Shown here in pieces: positions 19,943 to 29,005 of a DNA stretch of 32,000 bases. A program made the translations under genes and the position numbers. Under the pieces are notes generated by a model, which was not told where the DNA came from, did no database searches, and saw only the letters and a list, made by a program, of their open reading frames with translations. This DNA comes from Candidatus Atelocyanobacterium thalassa isolate ALOHA. Lineage in GTDB: Bacteria > Cyanobacteriota > Cyanobacteriia > Cyanobacteriales > Microcystaceae. Position 1 is the first letter of the stretch. Each line of letters begins with the position of its first letter. The stretch is taken from the NCBI RefSeq assembly GCF_000025125.1, contig NC_013771.1, positions 60,001 to 92,000 on the forward strand, given 5' to 3'.

Positions 19943-21538
19943 ATGGTAGTTCAAAAGCTGGAAATTTCTCCTGTAGGAAGAGTTGAAGGAGATTTAGATA
20001 TTAGAGTAGATATCGAAGATGGATATGTTGTAAATGCTTGGACAAAAGCAGAATTATTCCGTGGCTTTGAAGTTATTTTAAAAGGAAAGGATCCACAAGC
20101 TGGGCTTATTGTTACCCCCCGTATTTGCGGTATTTGTGGTGCATCACATTTAACTTGTGCATCTTGGGCACTAGATACAATCTGGGAAACAGAGGTACCT
20201 CGCAACGCTATCCTAGCACGTAACCTAGGTCAAATAGTTGAAACTATACAAAGCCATCCTAGACACTTCTATGCTTTATACGCAACTGACCTAACAAACA
20301 AAAAATATAAAAATAGTCCTTTCTATGAAGAAGCATGTAAAAGATTTACTCCTTTTACAGGGACTTCTTATGAAATAGCTATAATAACTTCTGCGAAACC
20401 AGTTGAGCTTTATGCTTTATTCGGAGGACAATGGCCTCATTCTAGTTATATGGTTCCAGGAGGTGTAATGTGTGCTCCAACGCTCACTGATGTAACACGT
20501 GGTTGGGGAATATTAGAGTATTTCCGTACTAATTGGCTAGAACCTGTTTGGTTAGGATGTTCTCTTGAGCGATATGAAAAAATTCAAACTTACGAAGACT
20601 TTTTAGAATGGCTAGAAGAAAGTCCAAAACATTTTAATTCTGACTTAGGGTTTTATTGGCGTATGGGTTTAGATATTGGACTAGATAAATATGGCCAAGG
20701 ACCCGGAAGATATCTAACCTGGGGATATCTTCCACATGAAGATAAGTACCAGAAACCTACAATTAAGGATCGTAATTCAGCCGTAATAATGAAAGGTGGG
20801 GTTTATGATAGTTTTACTGATATGCATCATATGGTAGATCATAGTTTTGCCATAGAAAATACAAGTCATTCTTGGTATGAAGAAGGTACTACTGATGTCC
20901 ATCCTTTTGATAGAGTTACTAATCCTCAAAATATGAACAAGGCAGACTATGATAATAAATATTCATGGTCAACAGCAGTAAGTCATAAAGATTTAGGCCG
21001 CATGGAAGTGGGTTCTCTTGCACGCCAATTAGTAGCAGGTGGAAAACATGGAGAAAGTTGGCAACATTATGATGGTTTGATTTTAGATATGTTCAAAAAA
21101 ATAGGCGGGCCCAGTGTACATTTGAGGGAGTTTGCACGGATGCATGAGTCTGTAAAATTATATAGAGAAGCAGAGAGATGTTTAAGAGAATTCAAACTCA
21201 ATGACCCGTGGTATATAAAACCGAAAGAAAAGGATGGACGTGGTTGGGGAGGCACAGAAGCTAGCCGTGGTGCTTTATGTCATTGGGTTGAAGTAGAAAA
21301 AGGAGTTATCAAAAATTATCAGATAATTGCTCCAAGTACTTGGAACATTGGACCCAGGGACGGTAAAGATGTTAGAGGTCCTATTGAAGAAGCATTAATT
21401 GGTATACCGATTGAAGATATGAGCAATCCAGTAGAAGTTGGACATGTTGCTCGTTCATTTGATTCTTGTTTAGTCTGTACAGTACATGCACACGATGCTA
21501 AAACAGGTAAAGAGCTAGCAAGATTTCGTACCAACTAA
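19943..21538 (+). CDS. hupL: Uptake [NiFe] hydrogenase large subunit
   Basis: The 531-aa ORF has the N-terminal Ni-binding RICGICGASH and the C-terminal DSCLVCTVH, followed by a 16-aa extension (AHDAKTGKELARFRTN) of the type removed by a HupW-type endopeptidase. The gene is uninterrupted. Confidence 0.97.
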   Translation: MVVQKLEISPVGRVEGDLDIRVDIEDGYVVNAWTKAELFRGFEVILKGKDPQAGLIVTPRICGICGASHLTCASWALDTIWETEVPRNAILARNLGQIVETIQSHPRHFYALYATDLTNKKYKNSPFYEEACKRFTPFTGTSYEIAIITSAKPVELYALFGGQWPHSSYMVPGGVMCAPTLTDVTRGWGILEYFRTNWLEPVWLGCSLERYEKIQTYEDFLEWLEESPKHFNSDLGFYWRMGLDIGLDKYGQGPGRYLTWGYLPHEDKYQKPTIKDRNSAVIMKGGVYDSFTDMHHMVDHSFAIENTSHSWYEEGTTDVHPFDRVTNPQNMNKADYDNKYSWSTAVSHKDLGRMEVGSLARQLVAGGKHGESWQHYDGLILDMFKKIGGPSVHLREFARMHESVKLYREAERCLREFKLNDPWYIKPKEKDGRGWGGTEASRGALCHWVEVEKGVIKNYQIIAPSTWNIGPRDGKDVRGPIEEALIGIPIEDMSNPVEVGHVARSFDSCLVCTVHAHDAKTGKELARFRTN

Positions 21539-21544
21539 AAATTA

Positions 21545-21577
21545 AATGGAAGTGATATATATTATTTCACTTCCATT
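21545..21577. terminator. Perfect 11-bp stem hairpin between convergent hupL and the radical SAM gene (putative bidirectional terminator)
   Basis: aatggaagtga-tatatattatt-tcacttccatt begins 7 nt after the hupL stop and ends 19 nt before the radical SAM gene stop. Confidence 0.6.
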
Positions 21578-21595
21578 CAATTCTCTGTGATACTA

Positions 21596-23197
21596 CTAAA
21601 ACTTAGTTTCATTGTATTGCTTAAGTAAGCTAGCATGAGAAAGAGGCCCTTTTAAGTGAGCCCATGGTAATACTTGATCTGTCTTCCAATTGTTATGAGC
21701 ATAATATTCAAGAGGAGGAATTTCTCCTTTCAGCTCTTTGAAAGCACGCTTATAACTACCAAGAGAGTTGCCATAAGAGCGAGTTAATTTAAATAACTTG
21801 CTTAGTCTTCTATCACCTCTGGAAATTAAAGCTTGAATAATAGACCAATTATAACTCTCTGGACGAAACTCTATTCTTCTCTTGCCTAAAACTTTCTCTA
21901 AAAATTTGAGTCTTTTTTGGGATAGTTTATTTACTCCTAACCATTGAAAAGGAGTATGAGCTTTGGGGACAAAAGTACTACAGCCAAATGTTATTTTCAA
22001 GCCTTGTGCTGCTTTTTGTATAGAATCTAACATTGAAATTGTTTGTTCGATATCTTCTTCGTTTTCTCCTGGTAATCCAACCATTCCGTATAATTTAAGG
22101 TTTTTTAATCCACCAATTTTTGCATTAATTGCTGCACTAATAATTTCATCATTATCTAACTTTTTATTGATATTCTTTCTGATTTTTGGTGAGCCACTTT
22201 CAACGGCGATTGTTATAGATTTTGTTTTACGACTACTTAACAATTTTGCTAGTTTTTCTGTAACTGTATTAGCCCTAACTGAAGCAATACTTACTCTAAT
22301 ATCATCATACTTAGGTTGGTTTAAATAGTTCAACAAATTACCAAACTCAGGATGTTGTGTGATTGATGGTCCTAATAAACCAATTCTATTGGTAACTTTA
22401 AGACCCTTTTCAATATTAGGAATTAAAGAAGTATTTAAATCTGCTATACGAAAGGGCAAATTAAGATAACTAACTAGGCAGAAACGACACATTTCTGGAC
22501 AACTTCTAACTACTTCCACCATGTAAATGTTTTCCCAAACAGCTTTTTCTGTAACTACTGTTGAAGTCGATAAAGAATCCCCACGATAAATTTGCTTTTC
22601 AATACTAGAAGGGATAGATTCCTCAATTGCTTTGATAGATTTAATTTCTCCATCATTGTCGTAATAGGTTATTTCATACAAACTGGGTATATAAATTCCA
22701 GGAATAGTTGCTAAATAAGATAATTTAACAGCTCGACTCTCATTCCTTATGACTTTATATGCTTCTAAAAAGCTATTTATTAAATCTTCTCCATCACCTA
22801 GTAAAATTACATCAAAGAAATCAGCAAAGGGTTCAGGATTGGATGTTAGTGTAGGACCACCTCCAAACACCAATGGGTGATCATCATTTCGTTCGCTGGT
22901 TTGAAGAGGAATATTTAACGTGTCTAAGATATCGAAAATATTAACATAATCCAATTCCCAAGAGAAAGAGAAACCTAATATCTCAGATTTTTTAGGCAAA
23001 GGTTCATTGATATCTGTAAATAAACGACTAACATTAACATCAGATCTACTAGCGAAGCTAGCCCAAACAGTTTGATATCCTAAACTTGTAATACCTACAT
23101 TATAGTTATTTGGAAAGCAGAAAATTATTTTAATAGCATTATTATTAGGTATTTTTGGTTCAAACAATAATCGTTCTTGGTCAAAAATAGTCGTCAT
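21596..23197 (-). CDS. B12-binding-domain radical SAM protein, function unknown
   Basis: The 533-aa ORF has a CxxxCxxC cluster motif (RSCPEMCRFCLVS) preceded by an N-terminal Rossmann-like region (IIFCFPNNYNVGITSLGYQ...VFGGGP). It resembles the uncharacterised TIGR03960-type family, from memory only. Confidence 0.8.
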   Translation of the reverse strand: MTTIFDQERLLFEPKIPNNNAIKIIFCFPNNYNVGITSLGYQTVWASFASRSDVNVSRLFTDINEPLPKKSEILGFSFSWELDYVNIFDILDTLNIPLQTSERNDDHPLVFGGGPTLTSNPEPFADFFDVILLGDGEDLINSFLEAYKVIRNESRAVKLSYLATIPGIYIPSLYEITYYDNDGEIKSIKAIEESIPSSIEKQIYRGDSLSTSTVVTEKAVWENIYMVEVVRSCPEMCRFCLVSYLNLPFRIADLNTSLIPNIEKGLKVTNRIGLLGPSITQHPEFGNLLNYLNQPKYDDIRVSIASVRANTVTEKLAKLLSSRKTKSITIAVESGSPKIRKNINKKLDNDEIISAAINAKIGGLKNLKLYGMVGLPGENEEDIEQTISMLDSIQKAAQGLKITFGCSTFVPKAHTPFQWLGVNKLSQKRLKFLEKVLGKRRIEFRPESYNWSIIQALISRGDRRLSKLFKLTRSYGNSLGSYKRAFKELKGEIPPLEYYAHNNWKTDQVLPWAHLKGPLSHASLLKQYNETKF

Positions 23198-23673
23198 ATT
23201 TTAGTTTTGTTTATTTATTAATTTTTTAGAACTATTTCTTAAGTTTCTGGATTAGATAATATTAATAGTTAAATTATTAATTAATACTTTTTATAAAATT
23301 AACCGGTAATTTTCTCACAATGTACTAGCTTACAAATAGAGTAATTATTTTTAATATAAAACTACGAAAATATTTTATTTTTATAAATTTTTAGTTATTA
23401 TTTTTGCTAAAAAATTTGAAAAAGCAATCATGAATTTCTAATATCATAATAGCATTATTATTGATAATAATTTAATCTATTTTGTAATTAAAGAATAGCT
23501 TATAATGAGATTTATTAATTTTTAATATAAGTCAAAGTGAGAGTTACAGTTAAGGTAATAGCTGTAATTCTTTCTAGAGAATAACTAACAGTTTATTTTT
23601 TATATGTAGTAGTAATATATTGATTTCTATAAGGTTAAAAGACTAGTAATATATAATTGGGCTAACTATATAC

Positions 23674-24261
23674 ATGCAAAATAATTATATGCAGCAAAAT
23701 ATTGATAATATGTTGAAAATTGGTACTATAGTTGGTCCTAGAGGATTAAAAGGAGAATTAAAAGTTTTATCTAGTACAGATTTCCCTGAAAGATTTGAAA
23801 TATCTGAGGAGCATTGGATTAGCGATCCTAACAAGTCAACACTTCAATCAGTTAAATTAATCAGTAGTCGCTATGTTATGGAGAAAAATATTTATATTGT
23901 TCGCTTACAAGGAATAGAGACTAGAAACCAAGCAGAGTTATTGAGAAACTATAAACTGTTTATATCTAATCACTCTATTCCAGAGTTAAAAAAAGACGAA
24001 TACCATATATCTCAACTTATTAATTTAGAGGTTTATCATCAAAAAACGAAAAAACTTATAGGTATCGTAACTGATGTATTTACTACAGGTCATGATTTAT
24101 TGGAAATTGAACTAGAGAATCCATCTTTACCAGAATCAGATAAGAAGCAAAAATTTTTAGTTCCTTTCGTTTATGAAATTGTTCCAATAGTAGATTTAGT
24201 AAATAGAAGAATAGAACTTAACCCTCCTAAAGGATTATTAGATTTATCTATAGTAAAATAA
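23674..24261 (+). CDS. rimM: Ribosome maturation factor RimM
   Basis: The 195-aa ORF contains KIGTIVGPRGLKGELKV...FPERF and a C-terminal PRC-barrel-like part (LVPFVYEIVPIVDL..RRIELNPPKGLL). The start is ambiguous among ATGs at 23674, 23689 and 23710. Confidence 0.85.
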   Translation: MQNNYMQQNIDNMLKIGTIVGPRGLKGELKVLSSTDFPERFEISEEHWISDPNKSTLQSVKLISSRYVMEKNIYIVRLQGIETRNQAELLRNYKLFISNHSIPELKKDEYHISQLINLEVYHQKTKKLIGIVTDVFTTGHDLLEIELENPSLPESDKKQKFLVPFVYEIVPIVDLVNRRIELNPPKGLLDLSIVK

Positions 24262-24422
24262 AGTCTCATTTAAGAGATCTAACTTGTTAAATATTAAAAT
24301 TTAATCATAATTTTTGAATTTGATTGATCCATTATGTCCCATAACAGATTACAATCTACTTTTGATAAATTATATTTACTAAAATTAAGGAGAAAGCTAT
24401 TCCTGAGCAACTAAACCTAACC

Positions 24423-24776
24423 GTGAGTTTAAGGGGAACTCATGAGACAAACGGTAATTACCAAATTTTCCGTTTAACTGGCTTACTAGATGCCTTTTCT
24501 GAACCTATATTTCGTAAAGTTGTTGGAACACATATAGATAAAGGTCCTTATGATATTATTTTGGTCCTAACTCAAATCGATTTTGTAGATAGTTCAGGAT
24601 TAGGAGCATTAGTACAATTAGTTAAACAAGCCCAAAATCATAACGGAAGTTTACAAGTTGTTACTAACCCTAGGGTTACACAAACTGTCAAATTAGTACG
24701 TCTAGAGGAATTTCTATCTTTACAAACAACTTTGGAAGATGCTATCTCTCATCTTAAAGATAAGAAAAATAGTTAG
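24423..24776 (+). CDS. STAS-domain protein (anti-sigma-factor antagonist family)
   Basis: The 117-aa ORF has a GTG start and a typical SpoIIAA-like core, IFRLTGLLDA...IDFVDSSGLGALV. No partner kinase or phosphatase is in the window. Confidence 0.75.
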   Translation: MSLRGTHETNGNYQIFRLTGLLDAFSEPIFRKVVGTHIDKGPYDIILVLTQIDFVDSSGLGALVQLVKQAQNHNGSLQVVTNPRVTQTVKLVRLEEFLSLQTTLEDAISHLKDKKNS

Positions 24777-24824
24777 AGTCTTTATTCTCTCAGCTTCAGA
24801 ACAAGCCAATATTTCTAGTATGGT

Positions 24825-25238
24825 ATGATAAAAAAATGTTATCCTGATGTTGGTTTCCGAATGTTTGTACAAACGAAAGACCATAGCAGCATTGACCGAT
24901 TATCTCCTGCTTTTTTAGCCTATATCGGTGATGCTGTTTATGAACTTTACGTACGTACAGCTTATTTATTACCTCCGCGTAAATTAGCCGATTATCACAA
25001 TCAGGTTGTGGCGCAAGTTAGGGCAGAAACTCAAGCAGCCGCTTTACAACAATTGCAGCCATATTTAACAGAGACTGAGAAAGATATCGTTAGGCGGGGA
25101 AGAAATGCTACGAATAGCCATCCCCGTCGTTTAAAGCCAGAAGTTTATCAGCAAGCAACTAGTTTGGAGACACTAATAGGTTATTTATATCTACAAGACT
25201 CTCAGCGACTAAATGAAATACTCAGAAATTTAGTTTAA
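24825..25238 (+). CDS. mrnC: Mini-ribonuclease 3 (23S rRNA maturation)
   Basis: The 137-aa ORF has LAYIGDAVYELYVR...A..QA and ...TSLETLIGYLYL. It is followed by rlmB, matching the known mrnC-rlmB linkage. The true start may be the internal Met (MFVQT...). Confidence 0.85.
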   Translation: MIKKCYPDVGFRMFVQTKDHSSIDRLSPAFLAYIGDAVYELYVRTAYLLPPRKLADYHNQVVAQVRAETQAAALQQLQPYLTETEKDIVRRGRNATNSHPRRLKPEVYQQATSLETLIGYLYLQDSQRLNEILRNLV

Positions 25239-25263
25239 TAATTTTAATCTTGAGAGAAAAACT

Positions 25264-26126
25264 GTGTTGAACAAGCTAACTGCCAACCATCATAAAAGTC
25301 AGCTAGGGGAAAAAATATTTTAAAACAAAACGTTAATTCTACTTCCGGTAATCTAAAGTCAAAAACATCGAAATCTCACGATAATGATGATCTGATATAT
25401 GGACGTCATGCTGTCTTGGCAGCTTTAGAAAATGACCGTCAACTAAATCGTATATGGGTTACCAATAAGCTGCGCCATGATTCTCGTTTTTCTAATCTTT
25501 TACGAATATCAAAAAGTAAAGGTGCGGTAGTAGATGAAGTTTCCCTTCAACGTTTATCTCAAATCACTAATGGTTCTAATCATCAGGGAATAGCTGCTCA
25601 AGTCTCTCCCTATAGTTACTACACTTTAGATAGATTGATAACCAAAGCTAAGCAAGAAAGTGATCAGCCAGTCATTATAATTGCTGATGGTATTGTTGAT
25701 CCTCAAAATCTAGGAGCTATTATTCGCACTTCTGAAGCTATGGGTTGTCAAGGATTAATTATTCCTCAGAGAAGAGCTGCTAGTATTACCTCCTCCGTAG
25801 CTAAAGTTGCTGCAGGTGCTCTAGAATTTTTTCCTATAGCTAGAGTAATTAACTTAAATCGAGCTTTAGAAACTTTAAAAGCTGAGGGATTTTGGATTTA
25901 TGGAACAGTGGCAGAGGGAGGGAAAAATTTACCTAATTTTGATTTCTCTTGTGCTATTGGTTTAGTCATAGGTTCGGAAGGTAATGGATTAAATTTACTT
26001 ACTCAACGTTATTGTGATGAATTACTATCAATTCCGCTAGAAGGTAAAACTTCTAGCTTAAATGCTTCTGCTGCCGCATCAATAAGTATTTATGAAATTT
26101 TTCGTTCTCGTTCTATAAATAATTAA
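25264..26126 (+). CDS. rlmB: 23S rRNA (guanosine-2'-O)-methyltransferase, SpoU/TrmH family; 5' end in a different frame (A6 tract)
   Basis: The core ORF (TTG 25416..26126) has SpoU motifs ([27 protein letters not shown]...SLNAS.AA.I..YE). The conserved RlmB N-terminal motif [14 protein letters not shown] lies upstream of that TTG, in the same frame. That frame is open back to 25296 with no ATG/GTG/TTG. GTG 25264, preceded by GAGAG, is in another frame that stops at 25321. One extra A in the A6 run (25310..25315) would join the two. The core region is certain; the 5' boundary is uncertain. Confidence 0.8.
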
Positions 26127-26329
26127 AACTACACTCTCAAGGATGTTAGAGATAAAATCTGGCTATATGCTTCAACTTCTTTTTTTTGTAAGTAATACCT
26201 CTAAATAACAAAATATTACATTTTTTATCTTGATAACTTAACTTCATATTATTGATTTAAAAAATTACTATATAAATTAAAAATGCTAGGATAATAGCAA
26301 AAATATATAAGAAATGTGTATATAAGCTT

Positions 26330-27916
26330 ATGATAGAGGCGCCTGTATCTCCAGTAGTTTTAGTAATTTTAGATGGTTGGGGTTATCGCATCGAGGAAGA
26401 ACACAATGCGATTAAACTTGCAAGAACCCCTGTAATGGACTGTTTATGGCAGGCTTACCCAAAAACACTTATCGAAACATCAGGTAAAGAGGTAGGACTT
26501 CCTGACGGACAGATGGGCAATTCAGAAGTGGGGCATCTTAACTTAGGTGCAGGACGTATTGTTTCTCAAGAGTTGGTAAGAATTTTCAATACAATTGAGG
26601 ATAAGTCGTTTTATAGCAATAAAGCTTTAGTTAGTCTTTTTGAAAAAGTAAAACATCGCCAGGGGAAATTACACTTAATTGGTTTATGTTCTGAGGGAGG
26701 CGTACATTCTCATTTAGATCATTTATTAGAATTACTAAATTTAGCTAAACAAAAAGATCTAGACAATGTTTGCATTCATGCAATTACAGATGGAAGAGAT
26801 ACTAAAAAAACTGACGGTATTACATCTATTAGTAAAATCTATAAACATATAGACAAAATAGGGATAGGACGTCTCTGTACAATAAGTGGACGTTATTATT
26901 CAATGGATCGAGATCAACGCTGGGAGAGAGTCAAGTTGGCCTATGATGTCATCACAGAGAATATATTTAAAAGTAAACGCTCTGCACTTGATGTTTTGGA
27001 AAAATCTTACAAAGAAAATATAACTGACGAATTTATTGTTCCTACTCGAATTGATAGTGGAGCAATCGATTCAGGAGATGGAGTTGTTTTTTTCAATTTT
27101 AGACCAGATCGAGCTCGACAATTATGTTCTGCTTTAATAAAACGCGATTTTAATAAATTTGATAGAAAATTAATTAGTCCTCTAGAGTTTGTTACTTTTA
27201 CCAAATATAGCGATCAATTGCCTGCAGAGGTTGCTTTTAAATCTAAAAACCTCAATTTTACTTTGGGAGAAGTTATATCAAATAACGGTTTAAAACAATT
27301 ACGGATAGCAGAAACAGAAAAATATCCTCATGTAACTTATTTTTTTAATGGGGGAATGGAAAAACCTTTCGAAGGTGAAATAAGAGAATTGGTTAAAAGT
27401 CCCATGGTTTCAACATATGATGAATCTCCAGAAATGTCGGCCAATCAAGTTACCAATAAAGCTTGTCTGGAAGTAGAAAAATGTATTTATTCTTTAATCG
27501 TTATTAATTATGCTAATCCTGATATGGTAGGGCATACTGGGAATATGGAAGCGACAATTCAAGCTATTGAAACAGTGGATAAGTGCTTAGGAAGATTATT
27601 ATCTAGTATTAGTAAAGTTGGAGGTACTACTTTAATTACTGCTGATCATGGCAATGCTGAAACCATGAAAGATAATAACAATATTTTAACTTCCCATACC
27701 CTTAATCCCGTCCCTTTAATTTTTATTGAAGGTGAAAAAAGAAAAATTACTGGCTATGGTGGAAATGTAATTCTAAGAGATAATAGTAAATTATCTGATA
27801 TTGCTCCAACAATTCTTCAAATACTTGGAATTCAACAACCTGAAGAAATGACAGGAAAGTCATGTTTTGTAAACACCATAGATACAAAGATAAATAGGAA
27901 AAATAATCCTAGCTAA
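26330..27916 (+). CDS. gpmI: 2,3-bisphosphoglycerate-independent phosphoglycerate mutase
   Basis: The 528-aa ORF contains VLVILDGWGYR, GQMGNSEVGHLNLGAGR, ITDGRDT, NYANPDMVGHTG and ITADHGNAE. Confidence 0.97.
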   Translation: MIEAPVSPVVLVILDGWGYRIEEEHNAIKLARTPVMDCLWQAYPKTLIETSGKEVGLPDGQMGNSEVGHLNLGAGRIVSQELVRIFNTIEDKSFYSNKALVSLFEKVKHRQGKLHLIGLCSEGGVHSHLDHLLELLNLAKQKDLDNVCIHAITDGRDTKKTDGITSISKIYKHIDKIGIGRLCTISGRYYSMDRDQRWERVKLAYDVITENIFKSKRSALDVLEKSYKENITDEFIVPTRIDSGAIDSGDGVVFFNFRPDRARQLCSALIKRDFNKFDRKLISPLEFVTFTKYSDQLPAEVAFKSKNLNFTLGEVISNNGLKQLRIAETEKYPHVTYFFNGGMEKPFEGEIRELVKSPMVSTYDESPEMSANQVTNKACLEVEKCIYSLIVINYANPDMVGHTGNMEATIQAIETVDKCLGRLLSSISKVGGTTLITADHGNAETMKDNNNILTSHTLNPVPLIFIEGEKRKITGYGGNVILRDNSKLSDIAPTILQILGIQQPEEMTGKSCFVNTIDTKINRKNNPS

Positions 27917-27962
27917 TACTATCATTATTGAATATAATAAGAACCAATGACTAAACTACACT

Positions 27963-28202
27963 ATGCTTATGGATTTCTCACAGATTCTACAAATAATTTG
28001 GACTATTTCTGCTATTTCCCTAATTTTTCTTATCCTTTTACATAGCCCTAAAGGAGACGGTTTAGGCGGGATTGGTGGACAAGCTCAATTATTCACATCT
28101 ACTAAAAGCGCTGAAAAAACCTTAAATCAAATAACCTGGACTTTAAGTACTATCTTTATAGCTATTACAATTATATTAAGTGCAGGATGGTTAAATTCTT
28201 AG
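27963..28202 (+). CDS. secG: Preprotein translocase subunit SecG
   Basis: The 79-aa, two-helix protein has the LLHSPKGDGLGGIGG glycine-rich loop typical of SecG. Confidence 0.85.
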   Translation: MLMDFSQILQIIWTISAISLIFLILLHSPKGDGLGGIGGQAQLFTSTKSAEKTLNQITWTLSTIFIAITIILSAGWLNS

Positions 28203-28355
28203 ATACTTAGTTAATGCTTTGAGAAGTATAAAATTTCAAGCAAAGTAAACTTTTTGATATATTATAATTTAGCGAAATTTTTCATAAGAAGAAGAATCAA
28301 TAATTTGAATGGCTAATGATGAATACAATTTTTTATATAAAGTGTTATATATATT

Positions 28356-28829
28356 TTAGTTAACTGTACTTTCAAAAACCTTGTCTATGAATAATTCCAT
28401 TCTTTTAGAAGCAAGGACAGCTAATTGGTCGCATCGTTCGTTCTCAGGATGTCCAGAATGCCCTTTGACCCAAATAAATTGAACATTATGTTTAGTGCAT
28501 AGATCTAACAACCTTTTCCATAGATCAGAATTCTTGGCTATTTCTTGTTTATTGCGTTTCCAATTATTAGATTGCCATTTACTTGCCCATCCTTTATTCA
28601 TAGTGTCTACTACGTAACGAGAGTCAGAATAAATAGTTACATTACACAATTTTGTTAAAGCCTCTAACCCAATAATAATCGATATTATTTCCATACGATT
28701 ATTAGTTGTTAGTCTATAGCCTCCTGATAATTCTTTTCGATATTTGTTAAACACTAATATTACTCCATAACCTCCTTTACCTGGATTTCCAGAGCAAGCA
28801 CCATCAGTATAAATTTTTAATTTTTTCAA
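28356..28829 (-). CDS. rnhA: Ribonuclease HI
   Basis: The 157-aa ORF has a TTG start and contains IYTDGACSGNPGKGGYG, TNNRMEI, YSDSRYV and WVKGHSGHPENERCDQLA. Confidence 0.92.
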   Translation of the reverse strand: MKKLKIYTDGACSGNPGKGGYGVILVFNKYRKELSGGYRLTTNNRMEIISIIIGLEALTKLCNVTIYSDSRYVVDTMNKGWASKWQSNNWKRNKQEIAKNSDLWKRLLDLCTKHNVQFIWVKGHSGHPENERCDQLAVLASKRMELFIDKVFESTVN

Positions 28830-28917
28830 GATTATATGCCTTTTTAAAACTTATGTTGATTGTTGTTTATCTAAACATATAGATTTAAACTTTATTCATT
28901 ATTCTTTTAATCTGTAT

Positions 28918-29005
28918 TATTAATATCTAACTTAATTTTTTAATAATGAAGAAATATAAAATATAATATTTCTTCATCATTAAAAAATTAAGTTAGATAT
29001 TAATA
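28918..29005. repeat. Long inverted repeat, 40-bp arms (1 mismatch) with an 8-nt loop, overlapping the 3' end of hpnH
   Basis: tattaatatctaacttaattttttaataatgaagaaatat-aaaatata-atatttcttcatcattaaaaaattaagttagatattaata. The right arm contains the hpnH stop (28995..28993) and its last 3-4 codons. Confidence 0.9.

Noticed and set aside
17260-23197. Rieske oxygenase + hupSL + radical SAM as a novel functional cluster
   Set aside because: The only link is adjacency. The radical SAM gene is convergent and separated by a terminator hairpin, and the Rieske gene is separated from hupS by 462 bp. No known biochemical connection supports the grouping without comparative-synteny evidence.
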